A program made the position numbers and the translations under genes. Below are positions 1 through 9,600 of a stretch of 32,000 nt of DNA, piece after piece. The stretch's first letter is position 1, and every line of letters begins with the position of its first letter. The stretch comes from Caedibacter taeniospiralis (GTDB lineage Bacteria; Pseudomonadota; Gammaproteobacteria; Francisellales; Francisellaceae). The stretch is taken from positions 9,365-41,364 of the forward strand of contig NZ_PGGB02000007.1 of the NCBI RefSeq assembly GCF_002803295.2, read 5' to 3'. The notes under the pieces are model-generated. The model ran no database searches. It had not been told where the DNA came from and saw only the letters and a program-made list of their open reading frames with translations.

Positions 1-707
1 TTCAGATATCCAGGAACCCATTGCCTTTTCAAAATAGTTCCCAGCAGGAAACCCGCGATCAGTCCGCCAATTCCTCCCACAATAAACACCAGCAAGATAT
101 GTGTGATAATATTCCAAAGCGCATTGTATTGGGACGCAGTAATCGCCGTAAAAACAATCACTGCCAAAAGTGCACCAATTGGATCAACCAGCATCCCTTC
201 CCAGCGAATGACATTCGCAAGCTTTTCTGTTGGTCTTACACTGCGCAAAATCGGTACAACTACTGTGGGACCACTCACCGAAGAGATTGCACCAATAAGA
301 GCCGAGACCTGCCAGGAAATATTGAAAATAAAATGCACCAGAAGCGTAGTTAAAATCGCTGTGACCAGGAGTCCAATGGTTACAATATTTCTCACTGTTC
401 CGCCTAAGCCTTTAATTTCTTTAAACTTCAAGCTCATGCAGCCTTCAAACAGGATGACTGCCACGCAAATAGAAACAATCGGATAGAGTGTGTCTTTAAA
501 GAGGAAAGTTGGACGTAAAAATTGGTAATGCTCACCCAAAACAAGCTGGCTCACAGGACCCAATACAATTCCAACGACCAATAAAAACAGGATTGCTGGC
601 AATTTCATCCGCCATGCCAGCCATTGACAAATAAAGCCCAGCAATAAGATCACCATAAATACAACTGGGATATATGTGGTCGATGCGAAAAAATTATTTA
701 CTCCCAT
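1..707 (-). CDS. Cation:proton (Na+/H+) antiporter, CPA1/NhaP-like; 3' end runs off the window
   Basis: Absent from the ORF track because it is open to position 1. I translated the minus strand from the ATG at 707-705: MGVNNFFASTTYIPVVFMVILLLGFICQWLAWRMKLPAILFLLVVGIVLGP...VILFEGCMSLKF...VRPTEKLANVIRWEGMLVDPIGALLAVIVF. It is multi-TM with NhaP-type motifs and has no stop through position 1. Confidence 0.8.
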   Translation of the reverse strand, partial: MGVNNFFASTTYIPVVFMVILLLGFICQWLAWRMKLPAILFLLVVGIVLGPVSQLVLGEHYQFLRPTFLFKDTLYPIVSICVAVILFEGCMSLKFKEIKGLGGTVRNIVTIGLLVTAILTTLLVHFIFNISWQVSALIGAISSVSGPTVVVPILRSVRPTEKLANVIRWEGMLVDPIGALLAVIVFTAITASQYNALWNIITHILLVFIVGGIGGLIAGFLLGTILKRQWVPGYL

Positions 708-774
708 CTAAGTGTTCAACCTCAAATTTAAACTAAGCGTCATTGTAACAAACCACCTCGTAAGCGAAAATGCT

Positions 775-877
775 GGCTTAGGCAAATAATTCGCCCAAGT
801 GTGCCAGTGTGAGTAATCAGTGTCACACTCACAGCGACAACTCACACTTAGTGATGGGCAGAAATGTAGTCATTGCC
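775..877. mobile_element. MITE-like palindromic element, copy 1 (103 bp), between the mlaA stop and the nhaP start
   Basis: GGCTTAGGCAAATAATTCGCCCAAG...GTGTGAGTAATCAGTGTCACACTCACA...CTCACACTTAGTGATGGGC...GTCATTGCC. It aligns along its whole length with 5041-5149 and 31265-31365. Flanks are AAAATGCT (767-774) and AAAATGGC (878-885), 6 of 8 identical. Internal stems include AGTGTGAG/CTCACACT. Confidence 0.8.
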
Positions 878-891
878 AAAATGGCACTGCC

Positions 892-1644
892 TTAATTCTC
901 TTGTCCATCAAGAATATCAAGAACCGCAGCATCACTATCAAAACCACCTTCTGGTACTTTCTTAGGTTTTACCTGTAAGGTTTTCTCCAGCTCATAATCA
1001 TAATTTTGCAAATACACATTACGTATGGCAACATACGGATCAATGGCACTATTCACCAATTTTTCATAGCCACCAAGATATTGAACGCCTTCATTCACCT
1101 TATAAATACCCCAAGCCCCCCAGATAACTGCTTCTGGAAGATGCCCAACATAATTCAATGGATTAAACACGCCATCTATCAAATCACCTGTTGCGGCAGA
1201 AAACGTATAGGGTCCCAAAATGGGCACAACAAAATAAGGCGAATAACGATAACCCCATTTTGCAAGCGTAAACCCAAAGTTTTGCGTTCTTCTGGGCAGT
1301 CCCATGTTTTTAGCCACATCAAACAAACCAAACACTCCAAAAACACTATTGGCTAGAAGTCTTGCGGTATCTCGCCAGAGATAGTCAAAATTCCACTGCA
1401 ATAAATCGTTGGCAACTCGCCCAGGTTCCAGAATGTTATTATAGGTGTTATTAACCCCTTGCTGCACCTGATCTGGCACCATATAATCGTAACCCTTAGC
1501 CACAGGGATAAGCGCATAATCATAAGTCACCTGATTAAATTTAAATATAACCCGATTGTACCCTTCCCACGGGTCTCTATCCTGCTGGGTTGCACAACCA
1601 CTTAGCAAAAACATTGCCCAAAAACCTATTGCCTTATATTTCAT
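892..1644 (-). CDS. mlaA: MlaA/VacJ family outer-membrane lipoprotein
   Basis: 250 aa. Lipobox LLSGC near the N-terminus, followed by DPWEGYNRVIFKFN, typical of MlaA/VacJ. ATG at 1644-1642. Confidence 0.85.
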   Translation of the reverse strand: MKYKAIGFWAMFLLSGCATQQDRDPWEGYNRVIFKFNQVTYDYALIPVAKGYDYMVPDQVQQGVNNTYNNILEPGRVANDLLQWNFDYLWRDTARLLANSVFGVFGLFDVAKNMGLPRRTQNFGFTLAKWGYRYSPYFVVPILGPYTFSAATGDLIDGVFNPLNYVGHLPEAVIWGAWGIYKVNEGVQYLGGYEKLVNSAIDPYVAIRNVYLQNYDYELEKTLQVKPKKVPEGGFDSDAAVLDILDGQEN

Positions 1645-1752
1645 TTTTTACTGATTTTCCTCCTGTTGGCTGGCAGTATAACTTATTTTTCTATAAGACA
1701 TCACTCCATTCTAAAGCTTTTACACATAATGTCTGGGGGATAACACAGCTCA

Positions 1753-1837
1753 TAGGATGGATAAGCCGAAGGCGCATCTGCCAATACCCAACCTGTTTGC
1801 TTTCTCGCGTGGATGCGCCTTCGGCTTGACCACCCTA
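1753..1837. repeat. REP/BIME-like GC-rich inverted pair (two ~26-nt units, 33-nt spacer)
   Basis: TAGGATGGATAAGCCGAAGGCGCATC (1753-1778) against the reverse complement of 1811-1837 (TAGGGTGGTCAAGCCGAAGGCGCATCC). The 16-bp core AAGCCGAAGGCGCATC is a perfect match. It is a GC-rich island in AT-rich intergenic DNA. Confidence 0.6.
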
Positions 1838-1982
1838 CACGAAGTGCGTCATTAAGTTGACGGTCTATTGTGCGTTGATTGACACATAAATCAGTAAATG
1901 CCTTTACTGTTTGTAACTGGCTATACAACCCACAAAATTACTTTTACAATCTGGTGTTTTAGCTTTAGGTGCTTTTACTTTA

Positions 1983-3503
1983 ATGACACAACAACACCCT
2001 CTCTCATCAACGATGAAATGGCTTATTACTGTCACGGTGATGCTTGCTGCAATGATCGAGATTATTGATACCACCATCGTCAATGTTGCCTTACAGGATA
2101 TGGCTGGCTCTCTTGGTGCAAGTACGGAAGAGATATCATGGGTAGTAACTTCTTACATCGTATCTGCTGCCATTTGCATGCCATTGACAGGTTTCTTTGT
2201 CCGCACCATGGGTCGACGACGCTTGCTACTCATTAACATTGTTGGGTTTTTAATTTTTTCAATGCTCTGTGGCTTAGCAAGCTCTTTGAACGAAATGGTT
2301 TTCTTTAGAATTATGCAGGGAATTTTTGGCTCCTCTTTAGTCCCTCTGTCTCAATATGTGCTAAGAGATACCTTTCCTCCTAACGAACAAGTAAAAGCCA
2401 TGGCTGTTTGGGGAGTAGGCATTATGGCAGCACCTGTACTTGGTCCAACACTGGGTGGCTACATTACTGATTGGATGAACTGGCGTTGGATCTTTTATAT
2501 CAATATCCCAGTCTGTATTATTGCAATCATTATGGTCATCATGTTTATTAGTGAAACCAATCGTGAAAGACTCAATATAGATTGGATTGGTTTGGGACTG
2601 ATGACATTAACTATTGCCACCTTACAAATTTTTCTTGATCGAGGTAACAATGACGGCTGGCTGTCTTCACAGTTTATTGTTGCCATGCTGATGTTTTGGG
2701 TGGTTACAGGTCTCATCTTTATTTTCCGTGGCTGGTTTAATCCTAAAAATATTCTTAATTTACATTTATTCAAAGATAGAAACTATGCAGCCTCTTGCGT
2801 TCTTCTGGTCTTTTACACCACAGGGATCTTTGGATTAATGACGGTTCAACCTCTTATTATGCAAGGGATTATGAATTACTCTGCGGCTTTATCTGGTGAG
2901 CTTATGATGCCTCGGGGTATCGCCGCAGCAATTGCAATGATGACGATCGCACCACTTGCTAAGCGGATTGATCTACGAATTATTATTTTCTTAGGCATCG
3001 TGATTACCGCCTATGGCAATTATCTTTACGCTCAAATCCCACTGATGAGCGACACCTGGAACTTAATGTATCCTGGGATTATTCAAGGCATTGGCATGGG
3101 TTTTTTCTTTGTTCCTGTTTCAACCATGGCACTGCAAACCTTAAAACCACATGATCTTGCTGAGGGTAGCGGAATGTTTAGCTTTTTTAGAAACTTAGGG
3201 ACCTCAGTAGGCACATCGGTGATGATTACGGTATTAACTCAACAAGCACAAGTCGCCTGGCACAGCATGATTAAATACATTAATCCCAGCAATCCAAACT
3301 ACCAACTCTGGTTACAACACATTAACTGGCAAGCTCAGGATCCCACAACACTTAGCGTAATCGCCCAAAGCATCAGCACACAAGCCAATATCATCGCTTT
3401 TGATGATGTCGCTTATTTGTCTTATTTGTTACTCACCCTTTCCATTCCATTTATCTTTATGCTTAAAAAACCCACAAGTACAGGGCTTAGCATGGATCAT
3501 TAA
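1983..3503 (+). CDS. DHA2-family MFS multidrug efflux permease (EmrB/QacA-like, 14-TM type)
   Basis: 506 aa and highly hydrophobic. The N-terminal IDTTIVNVALQDMAGSLGAS motif and overall layout are typical of EmrB-type transporters. No emrA-like partner is adjacent. Confidence 0.85.
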   Translation: MTQQHPLSSTMKWLITVTVMLAAMIEIIDTTIVNVALQDMAGSLGASTEEISWVVTSYIVSAAICMPLTGFFVRTMGRRRLLLINIVGFLIFSMLCGLASSLNEMVFFRIMQGIFGSSLVPLSQYVLRDTFPPNEQVKAMAVWGVGIMAAPVLGPTLGGYITDWMNWRWIFYINIPVCIIAIIMVIMFISETNRERLNIDWIGLGLMTLTIATLQIFLDRGNNDGWLSSQFIVAMLMFWVVTGLIFIFRGWFNPKNILNLHLFKDRNYAASCVLLVFYTTGIFGLMTVQPLIMQGIMNYSAALSGELMMPRGIAAAIAMMTIAPLAKRIDLRIIIFLGIVITAYGNYLYAQIPLMSDTWNLMYPGIIQGIGMGFFFVPVSTMALQTLKPHDLAEGSGMFSFFRNLGTSVGTSVMITVLTQQAQVAWHSMIKYINPSNPNYQLWLQHINWQAQDPTTLSVIAQSISTQANIIAFDDVAYLSYLLLTLSIPFIFMLKKPTSTGLSMDH

Positions 3504-3552
3504 ATCAGTGTCACCTACGCTAAGACACTACCCCGTCGACCTGCGGTCGCCA

Positions 3553-3572
3553 CCCCTTCGCTTGCGAAGGGG
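3553..3572 (+). terminator. GC-rich hairpin 50 nt downstream of the MFS pump stop codon (possible intrinsic terminator)
   Basis: CCCCTTCG-CTTG-CGAAGGGG, a perfect 8-bp stem with a 4-nt loop. The U-tract is poor (AATTAAATCCATGTTTTT), hence the low confidence. Confidence 0.35.
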
Positions 3573-3670
3573 AATTAAATCCATGTTTTTGCCAGAGATT
3601 TTAATTGTTTCAGTCAGCTGCTTCCGCTTACAATAAAGCCACTGATTGAGATCTAACTGATGAAGTTAAT

Positions 3671-6487
3671 ATGCAGTTTGATGAATTTTGCCAAAGCTTT
3701 GAGTTGACACACTTAGATATAAAAGTTTCAGCAAAATTATTGAATACTTTTAACACCAGCTGCTTTTTTGCTCGTTTTATCCAACAACATCCCCAGCTTC
3801 TCAAGCATACCGATTGGTTTCTCATTGATGACATCAGTGTTTTGCAACAAGAAATTAAAGCTCTTTTTGCACAGAGCAAAAGTTATGATGAGCTTGCAAA
3901 GACTTTACGCAACTATCGCCAACAAGTGCATGCCAAACTTGTGTTCCAACAGCATCATAAGATTGCCAACTTTGAGACTATTGCCGAGACTATTTCTGCT
4001 ATAGCAAAGCATATTTTATTTTACGCACAACAATATTTATTAAAAAAACTAAGTGAAACTAAAACCCTCCATAAACTCCCGCAAGATCTCGGTATCATCA
4101 CCATGGGAAAGCTCGGTGGAAATGAGCTTAACTTCTCTTCTGATATTGACCTTGTGTTCATCCAGGTAAATAACGACCCATTGACAGACCACCTTGGTAA
4201 AACCTATAGCGCCATGCGTTTTTATACTGAGCTTGGTCAAAAGCTTATTGCCTTACTTAATGAAACGACAATCGATGGATTTGTTTATCGAGTTGATATG
4301 CGTTTGCGTCCCTTTGGTGAGGGCGCACCTTTAGTCATCGATATAGAAAGCTTTAAACATTATCTTATGAATCATGCGCGAGCTTGGGAGCGCTATGCTT
4401 ATATTAAAGGCGACATTTTACATCCATCTCATCAGGTTAAAGAGATATTAGATCACATGATCAAGCAGTTTGTTTATCGCCATTACCATGACTATCGCAT
4501 GCTGAATGCTATTCGTGAGATGAAACAAAAAATCTTATCCGAAATGAAACAGGTAAACTTAACAGACAACATAAAATTAGGTCGTGGTGGCATTCGTGAA
4601 ATCGAGTTTATCTGTCAATGCTATCAGTTGATTTATGGCGGTCAAAATATCACTTTGCAACATCGTAAGCTAAAACAAGCACTGCGTTCATTAACCCATG
4701 CTGAGGTTATTTCTGTCGATACTCAAAAATATCTCTATCAGCACTATGTTTTTTTGCGCAACGTTGAAAATGCCCTGCAAATGTTTGATGATCAACAAAC
4801 GCATCAGCTGCCAAGCAGCAAGCACACACAGAACGCCATCGCCTGCTTATGCGGTTTTGATGACTGGCAAATGCTTATCACACAAATCACCCAGACAAGG
4901 GAAAAAGTGGCAGGGCTTTTTGACAAACTCACCCGCTTTAACCTCCATAACGTTGAGCAAATGCAAGACTCAGCAATCTCTGCCACCTTGATGACGGACA
5001 ACACTCTCCCCGCCTGCGCTTATAATCATACGGAAATTAAGGCTTGTACAAATAATTCGCCCAAGCGTATCGGTGTGAGTAATCAGTGTCACACTCACAC
5101 TCACACTCACAACTCACACTTAGCAATTGGCGGAAATATAGTCACTGCCGAAATTAACAACTTCTTTGCTGAACATATCCTTGCTCAAGAAGTTCTACCC
5201 GCTATTGAAGACTTAATTAACCTGTGTGTAGAGCGCTATCCACAGCTTTTAACCAATCTACTAAAGCTGCTGCATAACTTGAGCAAACGACAAACTTATT
5301 TATTTTTGTTCCTTGAATATCGCTCACATCATCTGGATTTTTTGACCTTACTCAATCAAGGCGCACGAATCGTAGAAATACTAACGGAACACCCGTTTTT
5401 ACTTGAGCGCGCATTCATATACAAACACCATGACGAAGTCTATATCGATATTGCTTATCTTCGCAGCAAACTGTACAGACACCTCCAAGCTATTAACCTT
5501 GAGGATGTCGAGGCTTTCTTAGAATGTTTGCGTCGATTTAAGCTTGAACAGATATTTAACATTATCGTCAGTGAATCACAAGGGCACATATCCTTAATGG
5601 AAGCCAGTGATTTATTCAGTCATCTGGCAACCGTTTTAATTGAAATTGCCCTTGATGGAGCATGGCGTGAGATTTTTCGATATGTCGATATAACATCCGA
5701 TCTACAGCAAGCTTATCGAGACTCTCTAGCGGTCATTGCCTATGGCAAACTTGGCGGGCTTGAGCTCAGTGTTGCCTCTGACTTGGATCTGGTGTTTATT
5801 CATGATAAAACCCATACGGAATTATCCTCACGCTTTTTTGTGCGCGCTGTGCAAAAATTTGTCCATTTTATGCAAATTAAAACCTATCACGGCGCCCTGT
5901 ACGATATTGATTTACGCCTGCGTCCTGAGGGAGATAATGGTTTTATTGCCCCAGGTTTTGATCGCTATGAGGAATATCTTTATCACTCTGCCTGGACTTG
6001 GGAGCACCAGGCATTAACACGCGCACGCTTCATTTGTGGAGCCTCCCGTATTCAACAGAAATTTGATCAACTGCGTACTCAAGTTTTGTGTCAATCTCGT
6101 GCGCTTCCCGCGCTCAAAAAAGATATTCGTGAGATGCGCCAAAAAATGCGCACTCATCTACTTAAAGCTCCTTCGCATCTATTTGATTTAAAACAAAGCC
6201 CAGGTGCTATGGTGGATATTGAGTTTATTGCCCAGTTTTTTGCGCTTTATTATAGCCATAAAGTTCCTGCAATAGGTTACTACAGCGACAGTATTCGCAT
6301 TATCCAAACCATCGAATCTGCACAGTTACTTGATACTAAAACGGCAAACGTGCTGATTGATAACTATTGCTATTACCGTGATTTAGGGTTTAAATGCTAC
6401 CTTCGCAAACAAGAAGCCGTTGTTCCCTTAGATACTTGTAAACAGAGAATGTTAGAAGTACAGGAAATATGGAGCAATCTATTTTAG
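3671..6487 (+). CDS. glnE: Bifunctional glutamine synthetase adenylyltransferase/adenylyl-removing enzyme, carrying a 39-codon in-frame repeat insertion
   Basis: 938 aa with two nucleotidyltransferase modules: GKLGGNELNFSSDIDLVF at ~4100 and GKLGGLELSVASDLDLVF at ~5750. Each is followed by Y.VD.RLRP.G. This is the GlnE architecture. Confidence 0.9.
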   Translation: MQFDEFCQSFELTHLDIKVSAKLLNTFNTSCFFARFIQQHPQLLKHTDWFLIDDISVLQQEIKALFAQSKSYDELAKTLRNYRQQVHAKLVFQQHHKIANFETIAETISAIAKHILFYAQQYLLKKLSETKTLHKLPQDLGIITMGKLGGNELNFSSDIDLVFIQVNNDPLTDHLGKTYSAMRFYTELGQKLIALLNETTIDGFVYRVDMRLRPFGEGAPLVIDIESFKHYLMNHARAWERYAYIKGDILHPSHQVKEILDHMIKQFVYRHYHDYRMLNAIREMKQKILSEMKQVNLTDNIKLGRGGIREIEFICQCYQLIYGGQNITLQHRKLKQALRSLTHAEVISVDTQKYLYQHYVFLRNVENALQMFDDQQTHQLPSSKHTQNAIACLCGFDDWQMLITQITQTREKVAGLFDKLTRFNLHNVEQMQDSAISATLMTDNTLPACAYNHTEIKACTNNSPKRIGVSNQCHTHTHTHNSHLAIGGNIVTAEINNFFAEHILAQEVLPAIEDLINLCVERYPQLLTNLLKLLHNLSKRQTYLFLFLEYRSHHLDFLTLLNQGARIVEILTEHPFLLERAFIYKHHDEVYIDIAYLRSKLYRHLQAINLEDVEAFLECLRRFKLEQIFNIIVSESQGHISLMEASDLFSHLATVLIEIALDGAWREIFRYVDITSDLQQAYRDSLAVIAYGKLGGLELSVASDLDLVFIHDKTHTELSSRFFVRAVQKFVHFMQIKTYHGALYDIDLRLRPEGDNGFIAPGFDRYEEYLYHSAWTWEHQALTRARFICGASRIQQKFDQLRTQVLCQSRALPALKKDIREMRQKMRTHLLKAPSHLFDLKQSPGAMVDIEFIAQFFALYYSHKVPAIGYYSDSIRIIQTIESAQLLDTKTANVLIDNYCYYRDLGFKCYLRKQEAVVPLDTCKQRMLEVQEIWSNLF
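5041..5149. mobile_element. MITE-like palindromic element, copy 2 (109 bp), inside the glnE reading frame
   Basis: Same element as 775-877 and 31265-31365. It is flanked by a perfect 8-bp direct repeat GAAATTAA (5033-5040 and 5150-5157). It translates in the glnE frame as KACTNNSPKRIGVSNQCHTHTHTHNSHLAIGGNIVTAEI. Confidence 0.85.
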
Positions 6488-6529
6488 CGTAAGTTCAAAG
6501 CAAGTATTTTCAAGTGGTTCCAGGTCTTT

Positions 6530-6590
6530 ACTTCTCCCTTGATGGGAGAAGTCGCCAAAACGTGTTTTGGCGGATGAGGGAGAATTTTTT
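6530..6590 (+). terminator. Compound GC-rich stem-loops followed by a T-run, downstream of glnE
   Basis: ACTTCTCCC-TTGAT-GGGAGAAGT (6530-6552), then CGCCAAAAC-GT-GTTTTGGCG (6553-6572), then GATGAGGGAGAATTTTTT. TCTCCC (6533-6538) can also pair with GGGAGA (6578-6583) directly before the T6 run. Confidence 0.5.
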
Positions 6591-6668
6591 ACCTCAAAAA
6601 TAAACTCGCATTTTACCCTTTATAAATCCATTTAAATCTATCAGAATATTGACATTCAAACCTTCTGT

Positions 6669-9600
6669 ATGAGTAGAAAGATGTTACAAATTTTTGGCAA
6701 TAACGCACTATCTTCGTTTGATCAACAAAGAATATTATCTAAATTGCAAGGCATCATCCCTGGTATTGAACAGGTTCAGGCGGAATATATTCACTTTATT
6801 GAGTCTAAAGAGACACTCACAGAAGATGCCATGGGCAAACTCAAGGCACTTTTAACTTACGGTGACAAGGGTGTACTGACCGAGAAAACAGGACAGGCAA
6901 TTATTGTCACACCGCGCTTAGGAACGATTTCACCCTGGTCATCGAAAGCTACCGATATCGCGCATAACTGTGGACTTAAAGAGATTATACGTATCGAGCG
7001 TGGCATCGTTTATTACCTCCAAAGCAAACACTCTTTGGAGCAGAATACTTTAACGCAACTTACGGCAACGTTGCACGATCGCATGATGCAAAGCGTTACC
7101 TTTTCTCTGGCTGAAACCAATCCCTTCACAAACACACATGCAGAAGGAAAACTACGCATTGTTCCCTTGTTAGCCCAAGGGCGCATAGCCTTAGAGAAAA
7201 TCAATGATGAGCTTGGTCTTGCTTTATCCAACGATGAAATTGATTATTTGCAGACTGGATTTCTTGAGCTTAATCGCGATCCCACCGATGTTGAACTGAT
7301 GATGTTTGCACAAGCTAATTCTGAACATTGTCGCCATAAAATCTTTAGAGCCGATTGGATTATCGATGCTCAAGCACAGACACACGGATTGTTTGCAATG
7401 ATTAAAAATACCTATGAACACCATAAAGAAAATATCCTGTCCGCCTATCATGACAATGCTGCGGTTATTGCAGGTTATGCCGCTGAGCGTTTGCAGCGCC
7501 ATAAAGATGGACTCTATCACTTTAAGCGTGAGCCTATTCATATTCAAATCAAAGTGGAAACACATAATCACCCCACGGCGATTGCACCATACCCAGGGGC
7601 AGCAACGGGAGCAGGAGGCGAGATCCGTGATGAGGGCGCTACTGGACTTGGCGCTAAGCCAAAGGCTGGACTCACAGGCTACACCGTATCAAACTTAAAC
7701 ATTCCTGATGATATACAAGCCTGGGAACTCCCTTATGGCAAACCTGATCGCATTCGTTCAGCGCTTGATATTATGATTGAAGCACCTTTGGGAGGAGCTG
7801 CTTTCAACAACGAATTTGGGCGCCCCAATTTGTGCGGCTATTTCCGCACGTTTGAGCGATACTATAACGGCGAAGTTTGGGGCTACCATAAACCTATTAT
7901 GATTGCTGGAGGTTATGGCAATATCAAAGAAGAACATATTGAAAAACGTAAAATTCCCGCGGGTGCCAAAATTATTGTCCTGGGCGGACCAGGCATGTTA
8001 ATTGGCTTAGGTGGCGGAGCTGCTTCTTCCGTGAATGCAGGGGACTTACACGAAACACTTGATTTTGCCTCAGTTCAACGCGATAACGCTGAGATCGAGC
8101 GTCGCGCACAAGAAGTCATCGATAGTTGCTGGTCAATGGGACTGGATAACCCGATCATCAGCATTCACGATGTGGGTGCTGGTGGTTTATCCAATGCGCT
8201 ACCCGAGCTTGTTGTTGATTGTGAGCGCGGTGCCATTTTTGATCTTAACAAAATTGGAGTTGCCGAAAAAGGCTTATCCCCTTTAGAAATATGGTGTAAT
8301 GAATCTCAAGAGCGTTATGTTCTCGCTATTTCAGCGGATGATTTGGCTACGTTTGACCAGATTGCTCGGCGTGAGCGTTGCCCATACAGCATCGTTGGTG
8401 AAGCAACCACAGAACAGATGCTTATTCTTAAAGATTCAAACTCCACCGTTGATCTAATCCATATGCCTTTATCTTTGTTACTGGGCAAGGCGCCTAAAAC
8501 AGTAAAAAATGTCACAACAACCGCCCATGCTTATAGCAATTGGGACTACAGTAAAATCAATTTGACTGATGCAGCAAAACGCATCTTGCGTTTACCTGCT
8601 GTTGGCAGTAAGAAGTTTTTAATTACCATAGGCGATCGCAGCGTTGGTGGGATGACCCAACGCGATCAGATGGTGGGACCATGGCAAATTCCTGTGGCTG
8701 ATGTTGCCGTAACAGCATCAAGCTTTACCGACTATCACGGCGAAGCCATGGCAATGGGCGAGCGCCCAATTTTGGCGATGATGAACCCTCAAGCCGCTGC
8801 AAGAATCACTATAGGTGAAGCGATTACCAATATTGCCGCGGCCTATATCTACCATTTATCTGATGTTAAGCTTTCAGCCAACTGGATGGCAGCCTCTTCA
8901 CATCCAGGCGAGGATGCAAGACTTTATGAAATGGTTAAAACGGCTGGGTTGGAATTTTGTCCAGCACTGGATCTCACCATCCCTGTTGGTAAAGATTCCT
9001 TATCGATGAAAACCACATGGCGTGACGAAGACGGCGAAAAGGCGGTTACCTCTCCTGTCTCTTTAATTGTCACGGCCTTCGCCCCTGTGCAGGATATTCG
9101 TCGTACACTGACCCCACAATTGCGTCTGGCATTTGAAACTGATCTTATTTTCATTGATCTTGGTTTAGGCAAAAACCGTTTAGGTGGCTCTTCATTTGCT
9201 CAAGTTTATAACGAGTTTGGCAATGAAACACCAGATATTGAACCCGTACTATTGCAGAGCTTCTTTGCCGCCATTCACAAACTGGTTAAAGAAGATAAAA
9301 TTTTAGCCTATCACGATCGCTCCGATGGTGGTCTATTTACCACCCTGTGTGAAATGATGTTTGCGGCAAAATGCGGACTTGACGTCGATATCGATGCCTT
9401 GGGTGACGATCCTCATGCTGTGCTTTTTAACGAAGAGCTGGGGGCTGTGATTCAAGTAAGAAATACCGATTGCGACATCGTGATGCAGATGCTTGCAAGC
9501 TTTCAACTCAAAGCACATCACATTGGTAGACCCAATGCTTCAACAGCCGATGCCAAATTGATCATCAGCCAGGATATTGATGAGCTATTTTCCATGACGC

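Noticed and set aside
21-486. Plus-strand ORFs 21-353 and 103-486
   Set aside because: They are antisense to the well-supported NhaP-type antiporter frame. They are low-complexity and have no recognisable motifs.
1006-1356. 116-aa plus-strand ORF inside mlaA. The same applies to 2495-2773, 3768-4004, 4698-5004, 7013-7571, 8035-8515, 8815-9172 and 10082-10555.
   Set aside because: These are shadow ORFs antisense to, or out of frame with, strongly supported long genes. None has a motif.
1590-1928. ORFs 1590-1829 (+) and 1701-1928 (-)
   Set aside because: They run through the REP-like inverted repeat in intergenic DNA. They translate the GC-rich repeat (…ADAPSAYPS…) and have no start context.
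5090-5119. CACACT/CACTCA tandem repeats considered as a possible CRISPR or other array
   Set aside because: The 6-nt units are contiguous with no spacers and lie inside the MITE core. This is a microsatellite, not a CRISPR array.
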